Assembly (NCBI RefSeq): GCF_000015805.1
Contig: NC_009073.1
Coordinates: forward strand, 1,500,001-1,532,000
Direction: 5' to 3'
DNA from: Pyrobaculum calidifontis JCM 11548
GTDB taxonomy: Archaea > Thermoproteota > Thermoprotei > Thermoproteales > Thermoproteaceae
DNA length: 32,000 nt
Shown: positions 23,158 to 31,868 of the stretch, one piece after another
Layout of the letters: every line of letters begins with the position of its first letter
Numbering within the stretch: the first letter of the stretch is position 1
Made by a program: the position numbers and the translations under genes
Notes under the pieces: model-generated
Database searches by the model: none
What the model was told of the DNA's origin: nothing
What the model saw: the letters and a program-made list of their open reading frames with translations, nothing else

Positions 23158-25522
23158 GCTGGAGAACTTCCGCTCGTATAGGGGAGCGCACAGGCTGGAG
23201 CTAGGCGACGTCAATTTGCTGTGGGGCAGGATAGGCGCTGGGAAAACCTCCGTTTTCTACGCCATTGAGTACGCCTTGTTTGGCCAACAGCTTGAGGTCA
23301 AGGAGAGGGTGGCCAAGCTAGCCGACTTGATACACTCGGGGTCTCACGAGGCTAGAGTGGCTCTAGAGCTGGTGGACGGGGCCAATGTGCTTAAGGTGGA
23401 GAGGAAGCTGGGAAAGCGGGGAGCGGAGAAGCTCGTCGTTGTGCACAACGGCGTAGAGCTCAGAGGCGGCGAGGCGGAGAGGAGGCTGGAGGAGCTTTTA
23501 GGCGTAGACGAGGATTTGTACGAGCGGTTGGTATACATTTCTCACAGGACGCTGGAGGGCTTTATCTACGGCACCTCTCAGAAGAGGGCAATCTCGGTGG
23601 ATAGGCTCTTCGGCATCGACGTGATAGACGGCGTAGTTAAGACCGTCTCCTCGGCCGAGAAGGCGCTGTTGGGGAAGGCGGAGGAGCTGAGGAAGAGGCT
23701 GGCGGCTTATGAGAAGTACCGGGATGTGATTAAGAGGTATGGTGGCTACTCGGGGCTAGTGTCTAGGCTTAGGGCTCTGAGCTCCGAGATTGAGGCGCTG
23801 AAGGAGCGGGAGGCTATGTTGACGAGGACGGTGGAGGAACTTGCCAGGGCGCGGGCGGCGTATTTGGCGAAGCTGAAGGAGCACGAGCAGATTCTACTGG
23901 AGTACTACAGGGCCAGGTCTGAGCTCGAGTTTTTGGAGTCCTCCGCGGGGGGCGAGGTAGACGTGGGCGCGCTGGAGAAGGTGAAGGCCGCGCTTAGGGA
24001 GGCCGCTGAGGAGTTTGAACACATGCTTGACCCAGGCATATTGGAGAAGTTGTACAAGGCGTCCGACCTGGAGGCCCTCTCGGTGGCCATGGCCGAGGTG
24101 TACGACGCATTGACTAGGGTTGCAAAAGACTTGGAACTCGAGCTGACCGACGTGAAAAAGGCCTATGAGGAGTATGTGGCCAGGGCGAGGAGACTTGAGG
24201 AGGAGGTGGCCGCGGCTGAGGCGCGGCTGAGGAGATTGGAGAAGCCGTTTTTGCGCTTTCAAGAGCTTTTAAAGAAGCTTCGCTCTTTGGAGGAGGCCCG
24301 GGCGAGGCTAAGCGAGGCCAGGCGTAGGCTTAGCGAGGCGGAGAGAGAGGCGGCGTATTACACGTCTCTCAAGACTGTGGCGTTGTACCTAGCTGAGACA
24401 AACGCCTCTGTTTGCCCAATATGCGGCTCGCCTATAAGCAGAGAGGCCGTAGAGAAAGTAGTTCGGGATATCGATGAAAAGTTCGGCGGCGTAGTGAAGA
24501 GAGTGGAAGAGCTACGGGAGGAGGTTAAGGCGCTGGAGAGAGAGGTAGAGGAGATGGAGATCCTCCAGGGCGACGCGGCAGAGTACATAGCCGCGAAGGC
24601 TAGACTGGACGAATTAAAGGTAGAGAGAGAGGAGGTGGTGAAAAAGGTGTTGCAGGCTGAGAAGTCGGTTAGGCAGTTGGAGAAGAGAATTGAGAAGTTG
24701 CGCGAGTTTTTTGCAAAAGTGGACAAGCGTGTCATCTCAGACGCCGTCTCTAGGTATGGGAGAGCCGTGAGGATTAGGGAGCTTAGGAAAAGGGTCAAAG
24801 AACTTGAGGAGAGGCTGAGGCAGGCGGGGATAGGGGGAGAGGAGCTCGAGGTGGAGGTCAAGTGGAGGGAGGCGGCGGCTGAGCTTGAAAAGGCGGCGGC
24901 TAGGCTAGCCGAGTTGTACAAGGAGAAGAGCCTCTTGGAGGAGGCGGCGCGGGAGGTTGGGGAGGAGGCGGAGGGGCTGAAGAAGAGGCTGGACAACGTG
25001 CTGTATGCGTATGGAAGACTAGAGGAGCTCAAGTCCCGGCTTGAGTTAGCCAAGGTTAGCGCAAGAGCTAGGCTTGTGGAAGTGGTGAGGAGCCGTTTCA
25101 ACGAGGTGTTTCAAAGCTTGTATAAGTATGGCGACGTTGTGAAAGTGGACGCGGCGGTGGAGCCCAGCAGGGGGTACTACGACTTCTACGCCATTTCTCC
25201 CTCCGGCGATAGATATGGCGTCTCCCGGCTGAGCGATGGGCAGAGGCTGTCAATAGCCCTCTCCCTGGCCCTAGCGTTAAGAGAAATCTCCCAGGTGAAG
25301 CTCGGCTTCTTAATCTTCGACGAGCCGATACCCTACGTCGATGTAAATGTGAGAAAGGCCTTCGCCCAACTTCTCACATCGCTGGCTGGGCGCTACCAGC
25401 TCCTAGTGGCCACCCAGTCTAGGGAGTTCGCGGAGGAGGTCAGAGAGGCTTTGCCAAACGCAAAGCTGTTCACCGTTGTGAAAGACGGCGCCTCTGCGCT
25501 GATAGAGGGGTTACAAAGCTGA
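23135..25522 (+). CDS. rkd-4: Arcadin-4: Rad50/SMC-like coiled-coil ABC ATPase with a central CxxC zinc-hook-like motif
   Basis: The N-terminal ISRVELENFRSY plus Walker A GRIGAGKTS are followed by about 550 aa of E/K/R/L/A-rich coiled coil. CPIC lies at residues 427-430 (nt 24413-24424), near the midpoint. The C-terminal signature is LSDGQRLSIALSLALAL and the Walker B is FLIFDEP. Confidence 0.85.
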   Translation: MWRISRVELENFRSYRGAHRLELGDVNLLWGRIGAGKTSVFYAIEYALFGQQLEVKERVAKLADLIHSGSHEARVALELVDGANVLKVERKLGKRGAEKLVVVHNGVELRGGEAERRLEELLGVDEDLYERLVYISHRTLEGFIYGTSQKRAISVDRLFGIDVIDGVVKTVSSAEKALLGKAEELRKRLAAYEKYRDVIKRYGGYSGLVSRLRALSSEIEALKEREAMLTRTVEELARARAAYLAKLKEHEQILLEYYRARSELEFLESSAGGEVDVGALEKVKAALREAAEEFEHMLDPGILEKLYKASDLEALSVAMAEVYDALTRVAKDLELELTDVKKAYEEYVARARRLEEEVAAAEARLRRLEKPFLRFQELLKKLRSLEEARARLSEARRRLSEAEREAAYYTSLKTVALYLAETNASVCPICGSPISREAVEKVVRDIDEKFGGVVKRVEELREEVKALEREVEEMEILQGDAAEYIAAKARLDELKVEREEVVKKVLQAEKSVRQLEKRIEKLREFFAKVDKRVISDAVSRYGRAVRIRELRKRVKELEERLRQAGIGGEELEVEVKWREAAAELEKAAARLAELYKEKSLLEEAAREVGEEAEGLKKRLDNVLYAYGRLEELKSRLELAKVSARARLVEVVRSRFNEVFQSLYKYGDVVKVDAAVEPSRGYYDFYAISPSGDRYGVSRLSDGQRLSIALSLALALREISQVKLGFLIFDEPIPYVDVNVRKAFAQLLTSLAGRYQLLVATQSREFAEEVREALPNAKLFTVVKDGASALIEGLQS

Positions 25523-25568
25523 GCCTCAGTGCAGGTCACCGATCCCAGCTCCAGACCTTCACCACCAT

Positions 25569-26315
25569 TCAGCTTGTGTGTTGCTCTGTTCCAGTATTAA
25601 AACTTGCCCTCTGCCAGACGTGGTTGAAGTAAGTCTTGGCAACCTCGATTATGTAGCGCTCGTTGGAGTAAACTCCGCTCAGTTCGTCGAAGTGTTTTAC
25701 GTAGATCACGACGGCGTCTCCGATGGCGCCTCCGCCGAAGAGCTCAGCCGTGGTCCTCACCTCCACGCGGGGAGGCAGGCTCAACATGGGCCTCAGACGT
25801 GCAGTGGTAAGAACCTTGATAGACACCCTCTTTGACTCCTCCTCTATTGCCGAGACCAGCCTATACGTCACCAGCTCTGGGAAGGGGAGAGCGAGGTACA
25901 CCTCGGAGTCCGCCGTAGTTATGATCTCGTGGACTAACTCGGCAATCCGCTCCGTGCCTCTCACCAGCGTCAAGAACGTCGAGGCAACTGCGTGCTGTCT
26001 CTCGTAGACCATTTGCAACCCGTCGAAATAGGGCTTTAACTGCCTCAACGCCTCCGATGTCTTGTTTACAAGCATTTTGTAGACCTCCGCGGGGGGTCTC
26101 GCCCTGTACCTGTACGGCCTCCCACCGCCCTCCTTTGCCACAACGCCCAGGTTCTCCAACTTGTAGAGGTAGGTGTATATCTTTGTGTAGGGGATGCCCA
26201 GCGCCTCTGCCAACTCTCTTGCCGATTTGGGGCCCTGTTCTACCAAGGCTACGTAGATCTCCGCCTCCCGCTCCCCGACGCCGAGGAGGGAGAGGACTCT
26301 GCCGAGCTGGTCCAC
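25569..26315 (-). CDS. TrmB-family transcriptional regulator
   Basis: The N-terminal winged helix LGVGEREAEIYVALVEQGPKSARELAEALGIPYTKIYTYLYKLENLGVV is typical of TrmB-like regulators. At 248 aa it is shorter than sugar-sensing TrmB. GTG 26315 has an ATAAATA TATA box about 23 nt upstream. Confidence 0.85.
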   Translation of the reverse strand: MDQLGRVLSLLGVGEREAEIYVALVEQGPKSARELAEALGIPYTKIYTYLYKLENLGVVAKEGGGRPYRYRARPPAEVYKMLVNKTSEALRQLKPYFDGLQMVYERQHAVASTFLTLVRGTERIAELVHEIITTADSEVYLALPFPELVTYRLVSAIEEESKRVSIKVLTTARLRPMLSLPPRVEVRTTAELFGGGAIGDAVVIYVKHFDELSGVYSNERYIIEVAKTYFNHVWQRASFNTGTEQHTS

Positions 26316-26334
26316 GGAGAGGTGGCGGTTTAGC

Positions 26335-26377
26335 TATTTATCTTTTTCCGTTAACCGGGTTAAAAAGTTTAAATATA
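26335..26377. promoter_or_regulatory. Divergent control region: TATA (26335-26341, - strand), inverted repeat TTAAC-CGG-GTTAA (26351-26363), TATA TTTAAATATA (26368-26377, + strand)
   Basis: Each TATA box is about 23 nt from its start codon (26315 and 26396). The 5-3-5 inverted repeat includes a GTTAAC palindrome. It sits between the two boxes and abuts the + strand box. Confidence 0.4.
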
Positions 26378-26395
26378 GATGGCCACGGGGGCGCA

Positions 26396-28135
26396 ATGAG
26401 CAAACAAGTGCTGGAGCTAGAGGCTAAGCCGAAGAGGCTGGTGGATCTCTCCAGGTTTAATCTGCCAGAGAGGTACAAATCGACGTTGACAAATGAGAAG
26501 TGGCAGACGATGGTCAAGAGGCAGTACGGACTGCCAGAGGATACCCGCGCAGTGAAGGCGACGCTGTCTCTCTGCCCAGTCTGCAACAGGAGGATACCGG
26601 CTGTGGTCTACGAGGAGAACGGTGCTATATGGCTTAAGAAGAGTTGCCCAGAACACGGCGTATTTGAGGACTTGTACTGGGGCGACGCGGAGATGTACTA
26701 CTACTTCCTCCAGTGGGACAGGCCCGAGTACATCGCCAAGGGCCTTGCAAACCCCTACACAGATCTGGAGTTCTACAAGGACATGGGCTCTTGTCCCGAG
26801 GGCTGCGGCCTCTGCCCAGTGCACAAATCCAACACCGTGTTGGCCATAATCGACGTCACCAATAGGTGCAACATGGCGTGCCCCGTGTGTTTCGCCAACG
26901 CCGGCGCCGCCGGCTACGTCTATGAGCCGACCCTAGAGCAGATAGAGTACATGTTGCGCACGTTGAGGGCGCAGAAGCCGTGGCCCCCCAACGCGATTCA
27001 GATATCGGGCGGCGAGCCTACGCTTAGAGACGACTTGCCCATAATCGTATCCATGGCCAAGAAGCTCGGCTTTACGCACATTGAGGTGAACACAAATGGC
27101 ATTAGGCTGGCCAACGAGCCGGAGTACTACAAGGCCCTGCTAGACGCGGGCATGTCCACCATATACCTCCAGTTCGACACGATCGACGAAAAGAACGAGG
27201 GCGTGTGGCGCCACAGGCTTTACCACCCCAAGGCCTACGCCGCCATAAAGTACAGAGTAATTGAAAACGCGAGGAAGCTGGGCCACCGCTCCATAGTCCT
27301 AGTGGTGACTCTGGCCCGCAACTACAACGACAAGGACTTGGGCAAGATCATCGACTTCGCAATTCAGAACAGAGACGTGGTGAGGTGGGTGAATATACAG
27401 CCCGTGTCCTTCTCAGGCCGCGCCAGGCTGTACAGCAAGGAGGAGCTCCGCAAATTCCGCATAACGATCCCGGACACCATAATTGAGATTGAGAAGCAGA
27501 CCGGCGGAGCCATCAGCAGGTGGGACTGGCGCCCCACCAACTGGCCAGTGGCCGTGGCCAAGATGGTCGAGGCGTTGACAGACTCGCCCAAGCCTCTCTT
27601 CTCCATGAACCCCATGTGCGGCGCCGCCACCTTCATATACTACGACGAAGACGAGAAGCGCATATACCCAATCACAAAGTTGGTAGACGTCGACGCGTTT
27701 GAGCGCGGCGCGTGGGATGTGTACTACACAGCGGTGAAGGGCGGAGTGTATAAGCAGGCGGCTAAGCTAAAGGCGCTGAAGCTATTGAAAGCGGTCAAAC
27801 ACAAGAGGGTAAAAGACTTGATCTACGACTTCCTCGTGAAAAAGGACTACGAGTCGCTTGGCCGCTTCTTCTTCAACGTGGTGGGCATCGGCATAATGCA
27901 CTTCATGGACACAATGAACTACGACGTAGAGAGAGTGCAGCGCTGCGACATCCACTACGCGACGCCAGACGGCCGCGTATTCCCATTCTGCACATACAAC
28001 GTCGTCGGACACAGAGAAAAGGTAGAGCAGTCCTTTAAGGTCGATCCAAAGACCTGGGTGAAGGTGACCGGTGTATCTCTGACCGGGTGGAACAAGCAGA
28101 AATTCCAGGAAATACGCACAAGCATAAGCCCATAA
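26396..28135 (+). CDS. tes: Large radical-SAM enzyme with an N-terminal Cys-rich ribbon and extra Fe-S motifs; probable tetraether lipid synthase (Tes / GDGT-MAS family)
   Basis: The true start is ATG 26396 (MSKQVLELE...), with a TATA box about 23 nt upstream. The 113 upstream codons in the track ORF lie antisense to the TrmB gene. Motifs are the N-terminal CPVCNRR...CPEHG, the auxiliary CPEGCGLC (Cx3Cx2C) and the radical-SAM NRCNMACPVCF (Cx3Cx2C), with GGEPTL and further C-terminal Cys residues. The size (579 aa) and architecture match my recollection of MJ0619-type Tes. Confidence 0.6.
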   Translation: MSKQVLELEAKPKRLVDLSRFNLPERYKSTLTNEKWQTMVKRQYGLPEDTRAVKATLSLCPVCNRRIPAVVYEENGAIWLKKSCPEHGVFEDLYWGDAEMYYYFLQWDRPEYIAKGLANPYTDLEFYKDMGSCPEGCGLCPVHKSNTVLAIIDVTNRCNMACPVCFANAGAAGYVYEPTLEQIEYMLRTLRAQKPWPPNAIQISGGEPTLRDDLPIIVSMAKKLGFTHIEVNTNGIRLANEPEYYKALLDAGMSTIYLQFDTIDEKNEGVWRHRLYHPKAYAAIKYRVIENARKLGHRSIVLVVTLARNYNDKDLGKIIDFAIQNRDVVRWVNIQPVSFSGRARLYSKEELRKFRITIPDTIIEIEKQTGGAISRWDWRPTNWPVAVAKMVEALTDSPKPLFSMNPMCGAATFIYYDEDEKRIYPITKLVDVDAFERGAWDVYYTAVKGGVYKQAAKLKALKLLKAVKHKRVKDLIYDFLVKKDYESLGRFFFNVVGIGIMHFMDTMNYDVERVQRCDIHYATPDGRVFPFCTYNVVGHREKVEQSFKVDPKTWVKVTGVSLTGWNKQKFQEIRTSISP

Positions 28136-28138
28136 ACC

Positions 28139-28144
28139 TTTTTT
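28139..28144 (+). terminator. T6 tract immediately after the radical-SAM gene stop
   Basis: TTTTTT begins 4 nt after the TAA stop (28133-28135). Oligo-T is the usual archaeal termination signal. Confidence 0.4.
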
Positions 28145-28147
28145 CCT

Positions 28148-29950
28148 CTACCTCCTCTCTCTTCTTATCACGAGGAGCACAGTAATTGCTAGAGCTACGG
28201 CAACTATTGCCAACGGCATCTGAAACGACATAGTATCTCTCTGCTGCGGCGTAGTGGCTACTGCGGGTAGGGGTATCGTGGTGTTGCGCATGGCTGGCGG
28301 AAGTTCAATGAAATACCGGACCTCGACCCTTGTCGCATTCACTACGGCAAGATACATCTCCACTGCGGCGCGGCGCGTCGACAGCTCATAAAGCTGCCTT
28401 CTCAACTCGGCGGTGTAGTTGTACAATGCGGACTCTACAAAGCCGAGCCTGGGCAACGCGGCCAGTTGCTCCACCTGATAGTCTCTAAGGCCACGGGCGT
28501 AGTGGACGAGGTCGTCACCAGCTCTCCTGAGCGTAGCAGAGGCGTTGTAAAGCGGCGCCACGTATTTAGACACCTCGTCTGCAGTTTTGTAGAGGTTGGC
28601 CGCAACGTCGTCTAAGTTCTTCGATGCGTTTAATATGATCTGCGGCATGCCTTGTTTAAGCGCCGTGGCGTTCCCCCGCGTGGAGGCCGCAGTGGAGTTT
28701 AACAGAGGCGCCAGCTCTCCCAAGCTCTTCCTAGTTGCCTCGAGAGTATTCACAGAAGAATCAACTATAGCGATAAGGCTGTCTACAATGCCTAGCAAAG
28801 AGTCCACGGACTGCCTCAGCGAGCGCAACTGCAAAATTGCTGCGTCGAGAGGTCTCTCACCTTGTGTTAAATTCAGCTGGGAGAGAGCTCTCTTGGCGCT
28901 CTCTAACTCGCCTATCGCCAAGTCGATTGACTGGCGGATTGCCAGTAGATTAGATCTAATGCCAAAGAGCTGTCTGCGCGTCTCGGCAAGCCCCTGTATT
29001 GTCTGCCCAGCGGCCACGTCGTAGGAGGCCAACGCCGCTGACTGCGTTTCTAACAAGTTGGCGGCTGTTATAAGCGCTAGGTACTGGTAGTCAACTAAGA
29101 GGAGGCTCCGGTTTAACACCTGCGACACCCCAGCCGCAGCATCCCCCAGCGCCGCCACTTGTCTCCTCAGCGCCTCCAGCGCATACGTCGACGTGTTCAA
29201 CGCGCTGGCCCCCTGGCCCAGGGCAAGGCCCGTCAAGTTGAGAAGCTGAATGAGGCGGGTCAAATTTTGCAACTGGCCGTAGGCAGTCTCCGTAAACAGT
29301 GAGACAACCCTTGAGAAATTCTGTAGCTGGGCAACGGCGCTGTTTAACTCCCTCGTCTGCCTATCAAAAGCCGACAATGTGCCGTTTAAATCAAGCGTCG
29401 CAGTTATAGACACCGTGGGCAACCGTACAGCCCCAAAGCTCCCAAACTCCCTAATCCTCAGACCCAGCTTAAACTCTGTGTAGTTACCCACCAGGAGAGC
29501 CCAGTAGTACACAGTAGAGCCCGACACCTGGGTCACTGAGGTAGGAGCCACGTCATAGAGCAGGGCAACTTTTCCATCCGTCGCCACCGACACCACCACG
29601 GGCACAGACACAGGGAGAAGGGGACGGAGCTTCACCAATAGCCGAACCACGGTCGTGTTATCCGCCCAGAGGACCCCATCTCTATAGACCCCGTTCACAT
29701 AACTCACGTCTACGTCCACCGCGAGAAATGGGGGATACACATTTTGCGCCGGCCGCTCCAACACCACCGCCGAGTAGGGGGGAACCGTCACGCCTGACAC
29801 ATTCACGGGGCTTGGCCCATTGTTTACGAGGACTTCTTGAAGAGAGACAGAGCTCGTGACGGCGCCCCCAGGCTTTACGTTGTACGTCATTACAAGCGTA
29901 GATGCGGCTAGGAAAACCGCCACAGCGAGTAGGTACAAGAGCTGCCTCAT
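28148..29950 (-). CDS. Extracellular protein (600 aa) anchored at both ends: N-terminal signal/TM, beta-rich domain, roughly 370-aa alpha-helical coiled-coil region, C-terminal TM and RRERR tail
   Basis: The N-terminus is MRQLLYLLAVAVFLAASTLVMTY and the C-terminus is MPLAIVAVALAITVLLVIRRERR. The long middle region is rich in L/A/Q/S/N with heptad-like spacing. I count about 17 N-x-S/T sequons. The start overlaps the ABC ATPase stop (ATGA at 29947-29950). Confidence 0.7.
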   Translation of the reverse strand: MRQLLYLLAVAVFLAASTLVMTYNVKPGGAVTSSVSLQEVLVNNGPSPVNVSGVTVPPYSAVVLERPAQNVYPPFLAVDVDVSYVNGVYRDGVLWADNTTVVRLLVKLRPLLPVSVPVVVSVATDGKVALLYDVAPTSVTQVSGSTVYYWALLVGNYTEFKLGLRIREFGSFGAVRLPTVSITATLDLNGTLSAFDRQTRELNSAVAQLQNFSRVVSLFTETAYGQLQNLTRLIQLLNLTGLALGQGASALNTSTYALEALRRQVAALGDAAAGVSQVLNRSLLLVDYQYLALITAANLLETQSAALASYDVAAGQTIQGLAETRRQLFGIRSNLLAIRQSIDLAIGELESAKRALSQLNLTQGERPLDAAILQLRSLRQSVDSLLGIVDSLIAIVDSSVNTLEATRKSLGELAPLLNSTAASTRGNATALKQGMPQIILNASKNLDDVAANLYKTADEVSKYVAPLYNASATLRRAGDDLVHYARGLRDYQVEQLAALPRLGFVESALYNYTAELRRQLYELSTRRAAVEMYLAVVNATRVEVRYFIELPPAMRNTTIPLPAVATTPQQRDTMSFQMPLAIVAVALAITVLLVIRRERR

Positions 29951-30711
29951 AGCCCAATTAACTCGTCTATGCGTCTAAGTTTTTCATACGCCGTAGCGAC
30001 TCTCTCCAGTTCTATCTTCAGCTCCCTCTTGGGGGGCTCTGCCGCCTCGTAAACTCTGCCGCTACGCATGTATATGAGCCTTGTGGCTATGCGCGCCACC
30101 TCTGCGTCATGTGTCGCAATAAAAACGGTCGTCTTAAAGATCCGGTTCACGGCGGCTATAAGGGCTAGGAGGTTTGAGGCGTTGTCGGCGTCTAAGTTTG
30201 AGGTTGGCTCGTCGAGGACGAGGATGGGGGGATTATTCGCGAGAGCCCGCGCCACCGCGGCGCGTTGTTGCATGCCGCTGGACATCTGCTGTGGGTAAAG
30301 CCCAGCGGCCTTCTCCAACCCCACTAGCTCGAGAAGCACCCTGGCCTTCAGCAGGGCCAGCTCCTTCTTCACGCCCAGGGCAATTAGGGGGAGGGCCACG
30401 TTCTGCTCCGCGGTTAAATAGGGCACGAGGTTGTAGCTCTGGAAGAGGTAGCCTATGTTCCGGAGGCGGAACTTCTCCAGCTTCTTCTCTGGCATGTTGA
30501 CAACATCTACGCCCAACACGTACACCTCGCCGCTCGTTGGTCTATCAAGCGTCGCCACTATGTTCAACAACGTGGTCTTCCCCGAGCCCGAGGGACCCAT
30601 CAACACCACAGACTCCCCCGGGGCCACTACAAGCGAGACTTCTTCTAAGGCCACGGTTCTCACAGCGCCGTTCCCATACACCTTGCTCACCCTCCTAAGC
30701 TCTACCGCCAT
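29947..30711 (-). CDS. ABC transporter ATP-binding protein, MacB/LolD/FtsE-like
   Basis: Motifs are Walker A GPSGSGKTTLLN, the Q-loop region FQSYNLVPYLTAEQNVALPL, the variant signature MSSGMQQRAAVARAL, Walker B ILVLDEPTSNLD and the H-loop IATHD. Confidence 0.9.
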   Translation of the reverse strand: MAVELRRVSKVYGNGAVRTVALEEVSLVVAPGESVVLMGPSGSGKTTLLNIVATLDRPTSGEVYVLGVDVVNMPEKKLEKFRLRNIGYLFQSYNLVPYLTAEQNVALPLIALGVKKELALLKARVLLELVGLEKAAGLYPQQMSSGMQQRAAVARALANNPPILVLDEPTSNLDADNASNLLALIAAVNRIFKTTVFIATHDAEVARIATRLIYMRSGRVYEAAEPPKRELKIELERVATAYEKLRRIDELIGL

Positions 30712-31841
30712 AGCTGAAGTATCTCAATAGGCCGCAACTTTGCCACTCTATACAGCGGCGAGGCGGCCCCCGCTAATGCTACTGCTAGAGAGGCTGACAG
30801 GGCTAGGGCGATGTAGCGGAGCTTGAACTCTATGGGGACGTCGAAGTTGACGCCCATACCTATCAAAATTTGTTTGACAAGCGTGGCGCCGTAGAAGCCC
30901 AGCGCCGCGCCGGCGATCCCGGCGGCCACGCTTAGCAACGCCACTTCCACAGCCACGGACACGACGATGTCGGAAGACGAAATGCCCACGGCCTTGAGCA
31001 AGCCGAATTCCCTAAGCCTCTCCCTGGCAGTGATAGACATGACGGCGAAGGTCGTCACGGCGGCTGTGGCAAGCGCCGCGGCGCTTATCACAGTGAAGAC
31101 GAAGTTCAAAGCGTTGAAGACCTGGGATACTGTATTCAACAGAGCCTCTTGGGTATACACCTGGGCATCTCGGAACGTCTCTTTCAGCGTCTTGTAAAAA
31201 GGCGTTACATACCCCTTGTCTCTGAGCGTTATCAAGACGGCGTTGACGAAGGGGCCAGCCCCCAGCTCTTCCTGAAGCCAGTCAAGGGGAACCACCACCA
31301 GATTTAGCCTAAAGGCGCCTATGAAGCCCCTTAAGAAGCTCCTCATAACACCCACCACCTTAACCGTGACTGTCCTCTCCCCGCCCAAGGCGCCTGAGTA
31401 CACCTTAATCGTGATAGTGTCGCCGGGCCGCGCGGCGAGTGACTCTTCTACAACGGCCTCGCCCCCCGAGGAGGGGAGTCTCCCCTCCTTTAAGTCAATG
31501 GCGAAGTAGTCGACGTCTCTAAGAGGTATCCCCACGATAGATACCACTTGCCCATTCACAACGCCGGTGGTAATTATGATCCCCTCTGCCCCACTTACGG
31601 CGGGGTTACGCTGGAGCAAGTCCACAAGCCGCTGTGGGATATTTATAGAGTCTGAATACATCATAATATCGGCTGGGTAGACTTTGTAAAGCGTCTGCTC
31701 CACGTAGGCCCTCGTGGCGTCGCTGACGGCGGTTAAGGCCACCAGCAACGCTACGCCGACGCCTATGGCGACTGCTGTCAACAAATATCGCAAGGCCCTC
31801 GACTTCAAGTCTCCTAAGGCGAGCATCAGTACGTGGTCCAC
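30702..31841 (-). CDS. ABC transporter permease, MacB/FtsX type (large extracytoplasmic domain between TM1 and TM2, C-terminal FtsX domain)
   Basis: The N-terminal region is LGDLKSRALRYLLTAVAIGVGVALLV. A loop of about 200 aa carries MacB-periplasmic-core-like features (GEAVVEESLAARPGDTITIKV...VKVVGV). The C-terminal region is RERLREFGLLKAVGISSSDI. GTG 31841 is preferred from TATA spacing; ATG 31826 and the track start GTG 31886 are alternatives. It overlaps the ATPase gene by 10 nt. Confidence 0.85.
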   Translation of the reverse strand: MDHVLMLALGDLKSRALRYLLTAVAIGVGVALLVALTAVSDATRAYVEQTLYKVYPADIMMYSDSINIPQRLVDLLQRNPAVSGAEGIIITTGVVNGQVVSIVGIPLRDVDYFAIDLKEGRLPSSGGEAVVEESLAARPGDTITIKVYSGALGGERTVTVKVVGVMRSFLRGFIGAFRLNLVVVPLDWLQEELGAGPFVNAVLITLRDKGYVTPFYKTLKETFRDAQVYTQEALLNTVSQVFNALNFVFTVISAAALATAAVTTFAVMSITARERLREFGLLKAVGISSSDIVVSVAVEVALLSVAAGIAGAALGFYGATLVKQILIGMGVNFDVPIEFKLRYIALALSASLAVALAGAASPLYRVAKLRPIEILQLWR

Positions 31842-31859
31842 GGCCTCTACGCCGCATCC

Positions 31860-31868
31860 TTTTATATA
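31860..31868. promoter_or_regulatory. Single TATA element (TTTTATATA) midway between divergent starts 31841 (-) and 31887 (+)
   Basis: Its centre (31864) is 23 nt from each candidate GTG start. Confidence 0.45.

Noticed and set aside
24358-25101. A 247-aa minus-strand ORF rich in Ser/Leu/Ala/Thr
   Set aside because: It lies entirely antisense to the arcadin-4 coiled-coil region. Its low-complexity S/L/A composition is what the reverse complement of GAG/AAG/CTC/GCC-rich codons gives. It has no promoter or motif support.
26057-26395. A 113-codon N-terminal extension of the radical-SAM ORF (Pro/Arg/Cys-rich)
   Set aside because: It overlaps the TrmB gene on the opposite strand and runs through both TATA boxes. 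The composition is non-protein-like. ATG 26396 has a correctly spaced TATA box.
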